Source: an uncultured Candidatus Rokubacteria bacterium
Lineage (GTDB): Bacteria; Methylomirabilota; Methylomirabilia; Rokubacteriales; CSP1-6
Direction of reading: 5' to 3'
Length of the DNA stretch: 64,000 nucleotides
Assembly: GCA_963754315.1 (NCBI GenBank)
Contig: CAVWFS010000018.1
Coordinates: 704,001-768,000 of the forward strand
Shown: piece after piece, positions 61,906-64,000 of the stretch
How positions within the stretch are numbered: position 1 is the stretch's first letter
How the letters are laid out: every line of letters starts with the position of its first letter
The notes under the pieces: generated by a model
Told to the model about the DNA's origin: nothing
The model's database searches: none
The model's input: only the letters and a program-made list of their open reading frames with translations
Translations under genes and position numbers: made by a program

Positions 61906-62557
61906 TGGGGAAACTGGCGCAGAGGCGGCGGAGCGGGCAAGGGCCGCAACGGGGACGGCGCGGCGTGCACCAGAGGGCCCCGAAGTCCATAAGCGCCTGA
62001 TTGAAGTCGTAGCCGCGCCCGCGCGGCACCAGAGTGCCGGCCAAGTCCCACAGTGCGCGATCGCCAGGCGGACGTCGTCCAGCGCGGGTGCCAAGAAACA
62101 CGCGGGAGAGCACCCGCCGCACGTTGGTATCAAGCAAAGCGGCGTCCTGCCCGTAGGCGAACGCGAGCATGGCCCCCGCCGTATAGCGGCCGACACCCGG
62201 AAGTCGACGCAGCCCCTGCGCATCGTCGGGCAGGCGACCACCGTACCGAGCGACCGCCTCTCGGGCGATCAAGTGGAGCCGAATGGGCCGGATGTTGTAG
62301 CCAAGCGGATACCACAGCTGCCGTACCTCGCCCACCTTGGCCGCCGCCAGGCTGCGGAGGGTCGGGAAACGCCGGAGGAACTGGCGGTACTTCGGCAGCA
62401 CACGCTCGACCTGCGTTTGCTGCAGCATGATCTCGGAAACGAGGATGCGATACGGCTCGCGCGTGCGGCGCCACGGGAGATCGCGGCCGTGCACGGCGTA
62501 CCATGCAAGCAGCCGTCGTTGAAAGGCACGAATCTTGTGTGAATCCGGGCGGCGCAC
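61898..62557 (-). CDS. mutY: A/G-specific adenine glycosylase, catalytic domain only
   Basis: RDLPWR, VSEIMLQQTQV, LGY, LPGVGRYTA, DTNVRRV, NQALMDFG, Fe-S Cys cluster. Confidence 0.88.
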   Translation of the reverse strand: MRRPDSHKIRAFQRRLLAWYAVHGRDLPWRRTREPYRILVSEIMLQQTQVERVLPKYRQFLRRFPTLRSLAAAKVGEVRQLWYPLGYNIRPIRLHLIAREAVARYGGRLPDDAQGLRRLPGVGRYTAGAMLAFAYGQDAALLDTNVRRVLSRVFLGTRAGRRPPGDRALWDLAGTLVPRGRGYDFNQALMDFGALWCTPRRPRCGPCPLRRLCASFPIG

Positions 62558-62564
62558 CGCGCGC

Positions 62565-62591
62565 AGTCTACCACGGGCCCTCGTGTAGAAT
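62565..62591. promoter_or_regulatory. Back-to-back leaderless -10 boxes (TAGACT minus strand, TAGAAT plus strand)
   Basis: 7 nt from mutY GTG and 6 nt from ygfZ-like ATG; no SD on either side. Confidence 0.6.
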
Positions 62592-62597
62592 GACCTC

Positions 62598-63671
62598 ATG
62601 GTGAACCGCCTCCCGCTGCACGCGCTCCACCTCGCGTCGGGAGCGACCTTCGCGACGCGCGATGGGTGGGAGTTGCCCGATTCTTACGGCGATCCCGCCG
62701 CCGAATACGCGGCTGTTCGCCAGGGGGTGGGGCTGATCGACCGTGGGGACCTCGGCGCGTTCGTGGTCACCGGGCGGGACCGCGCGGTCTTTCTACACGC
62801 GATGCTCACCAACGACGTGAAGTCGCTGGCGTCCGGACAAGGTGGGCGTGCTGCGCTTCTCGACATCCACGGCAAGGTGCAGGTCATTGTCCTCCTCCTG
62901 GCCGACGCCGAGGAGATTGTCGTGCTGACGCCGCCCGGCATGGCAACCCCCACCCTGGAGGCGCTCGACAAGTATCTCTTCTCCGAGAAGGCGTACTTCA
63001 AGGATACGAGCGCAGAGCTCGCGCCGATCGTGCTGGCCGGGCCAGAAGCCCCCGCCCTGGTTCTGAGACTCGCGGGCTCCCTGCCCGGTGAAGCGCGTTG
63101 GTCACATGCGTCTGCCTCGATCGCGGGCTTGACGGTGAAGCTCATCCGCGGCGGTGTCGACAGCGGCGAGCCGGAAATTTGGCTGCTCGGCCGCGCGGCG
63201 GACGGGCCAGCTCTCTGGCGGACGGCGCTGGAAGCGGGCGCACGGCCAGTCGGCCGTGCCGCCGAGGCGGCGCTGCGCATCGAGGCGGGAGCCGTGCGCT
63301 ACGGTCTCGACGTGGACAATACCGTGCTCTTGCCCGAGATACCCGCAGCGGACCTCGTGTCTTATGCCAAGGGCTGCTACATCGGCCAGGAGGTCGTGGT
63401 CCGCATTCGTGATCGTGGGCACGTCAACCGTCTCCTGCGCGGTCTCCTCGTGGAGGAGAATGTGGACGTGCCTCCGGTGGGGACGGGAGTCACGGTGGGC
63501 GATGTGGAGATTGGAAAGGTGACCAGCGCCGCGTGGTCCTACAAGCGGGCACGGCCGGTCGCGCTCGCCTTCGTCCGGCGCCAGCACGCGGAGCCAGGGA
63601 CGGCCGTGACCCTGTGTGCCGGCGCGCGCCGCTGGGCGGCGGCCGTCAGCGACCTGCCCTTCCCGTCGTAG
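62598..63671 (+). CDS. GcvT/YgfZ-like folate-binding aminomethyltransferase family protein
   Basis: [37 protein letters not shown]. Confidence 0.9.
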   Translation: MVNRLPLHALHLASGATFATRDGWELPDSYGDPAAEYAAVRQGVGLIDRGDLGAFVVTGRDRAVFLHAMLTNDVKSLASGQGGRAALLDIHGKVQVIVLLLADAEEIVVLTPPGMATPTLEALDKYLFSEKAYFKDTSAELAPIVLAGPEAPALVLRLAGSLPGEARWSHASASIAGLTVKLIRGGVDSGEPEIWLLGRAADGPALWRTALEAGARPVGRAAEAALRIEAGAVRYGLDVDNTVLLPEIPAADLVSYAKGCYIGQEVVVRIRDRGHVNRLLRGLLVEENVDVPPVGTGVTVGDVEIGKVTSAAWSYKRARPVALAFVRRQHAEPGTAVTLCAGARRWAAAVSDLPFPS

Positions 63672-63697
63672 CCTGGTCGTCCATCGGACCTTCTCAT

Positions 63698-64000
63698 ATG
63701 GGGACGAATCGTCTGGCGGGAGAGACCAGCCCATATCTTCTTCAACACGCCCACAATCCTGTGGACTGGTATCCGTGGGGCGAGGAGGCCTTCGCGCGAG
63801 CGCGGGCCGAGGACCGCCCGATCCTGCTCTCGGTTGGCTACTCGGCCTGCCACTGGTGTCACGTGATGGAGCGCGAGTCATTCGAGGACTCCGCCATTGC
63901 CGACCTCATGAACCAGCATTTCGTCAACGTGAAGGTCGACCGCGAGGAGCGCCCCGACGTCGACCACATCTACATGGAGGCGGTGCAGTCGTTGACGGGA
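63698..64000 (+). CDS. YyaL/DUF255 thioredoxin-domain protein, 3' end outside window
   Basis: Translated by hand: [28 protein letters not shown]...[16 protein letters not shown]...KVDREERPD. Confidence 0.93.
   Translation, partial: MGTNRLAGETSPYLLQHAHNPVDWYPWGEEAFARARAEDRPILLSVGYSACHWCHVMERESFEDSAIADLMNQHFVNVKVDREERPDVDHIYMEAVQSLTG

Overview
High-GC bacterial chromosomal window, densely coding (about 65 genes). Gene content and style suggest a Rokubacteria/Methylomirabilota-like soil bacterium; this is inference and was not tested. I recognised no rRNA, tRNA, CRISPR array, IS element or prophage. The left third is housekeeping: pnp, M16 peptidase, a long purine operon (purB-C-S-Q-L-F-M-N-H-[MerR/TPR]-D, no purE/purK), tsaC, mobA, thiI, glyA, nrdR, tsaB, rimI. 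The middle carries two c-type cytochromes plus YceI, meaB, a membrane Fe-S oxidoreductase, futalosine-pathway genes mqnE/mqnC/mqnD next to an internally deleted TetR gene, ilvD, queG and def. The most interesting locus is 51.4-56.2 kb, a divergent sphingolipid (ceramide) cluster. One arm holds a CerR-like reductase, serine palmitoyltransferase and a bCerS-like GNAT. The other holds an FA2H/Scs7-like fatty-acid hydroxylase translationally coupled to an exported START-domain protein, followed by UbiD and an acyl-CoA ligase. Other observations are widespread leaderless/extended -10 promoters, non-canonical starts (CTG for tsaC; no canonical start for purL and thiI) and a contracted CxCH heme motif. 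About eight 1-2 nt indels break otherwise intact genes and most likely reflect long-read assembly error.
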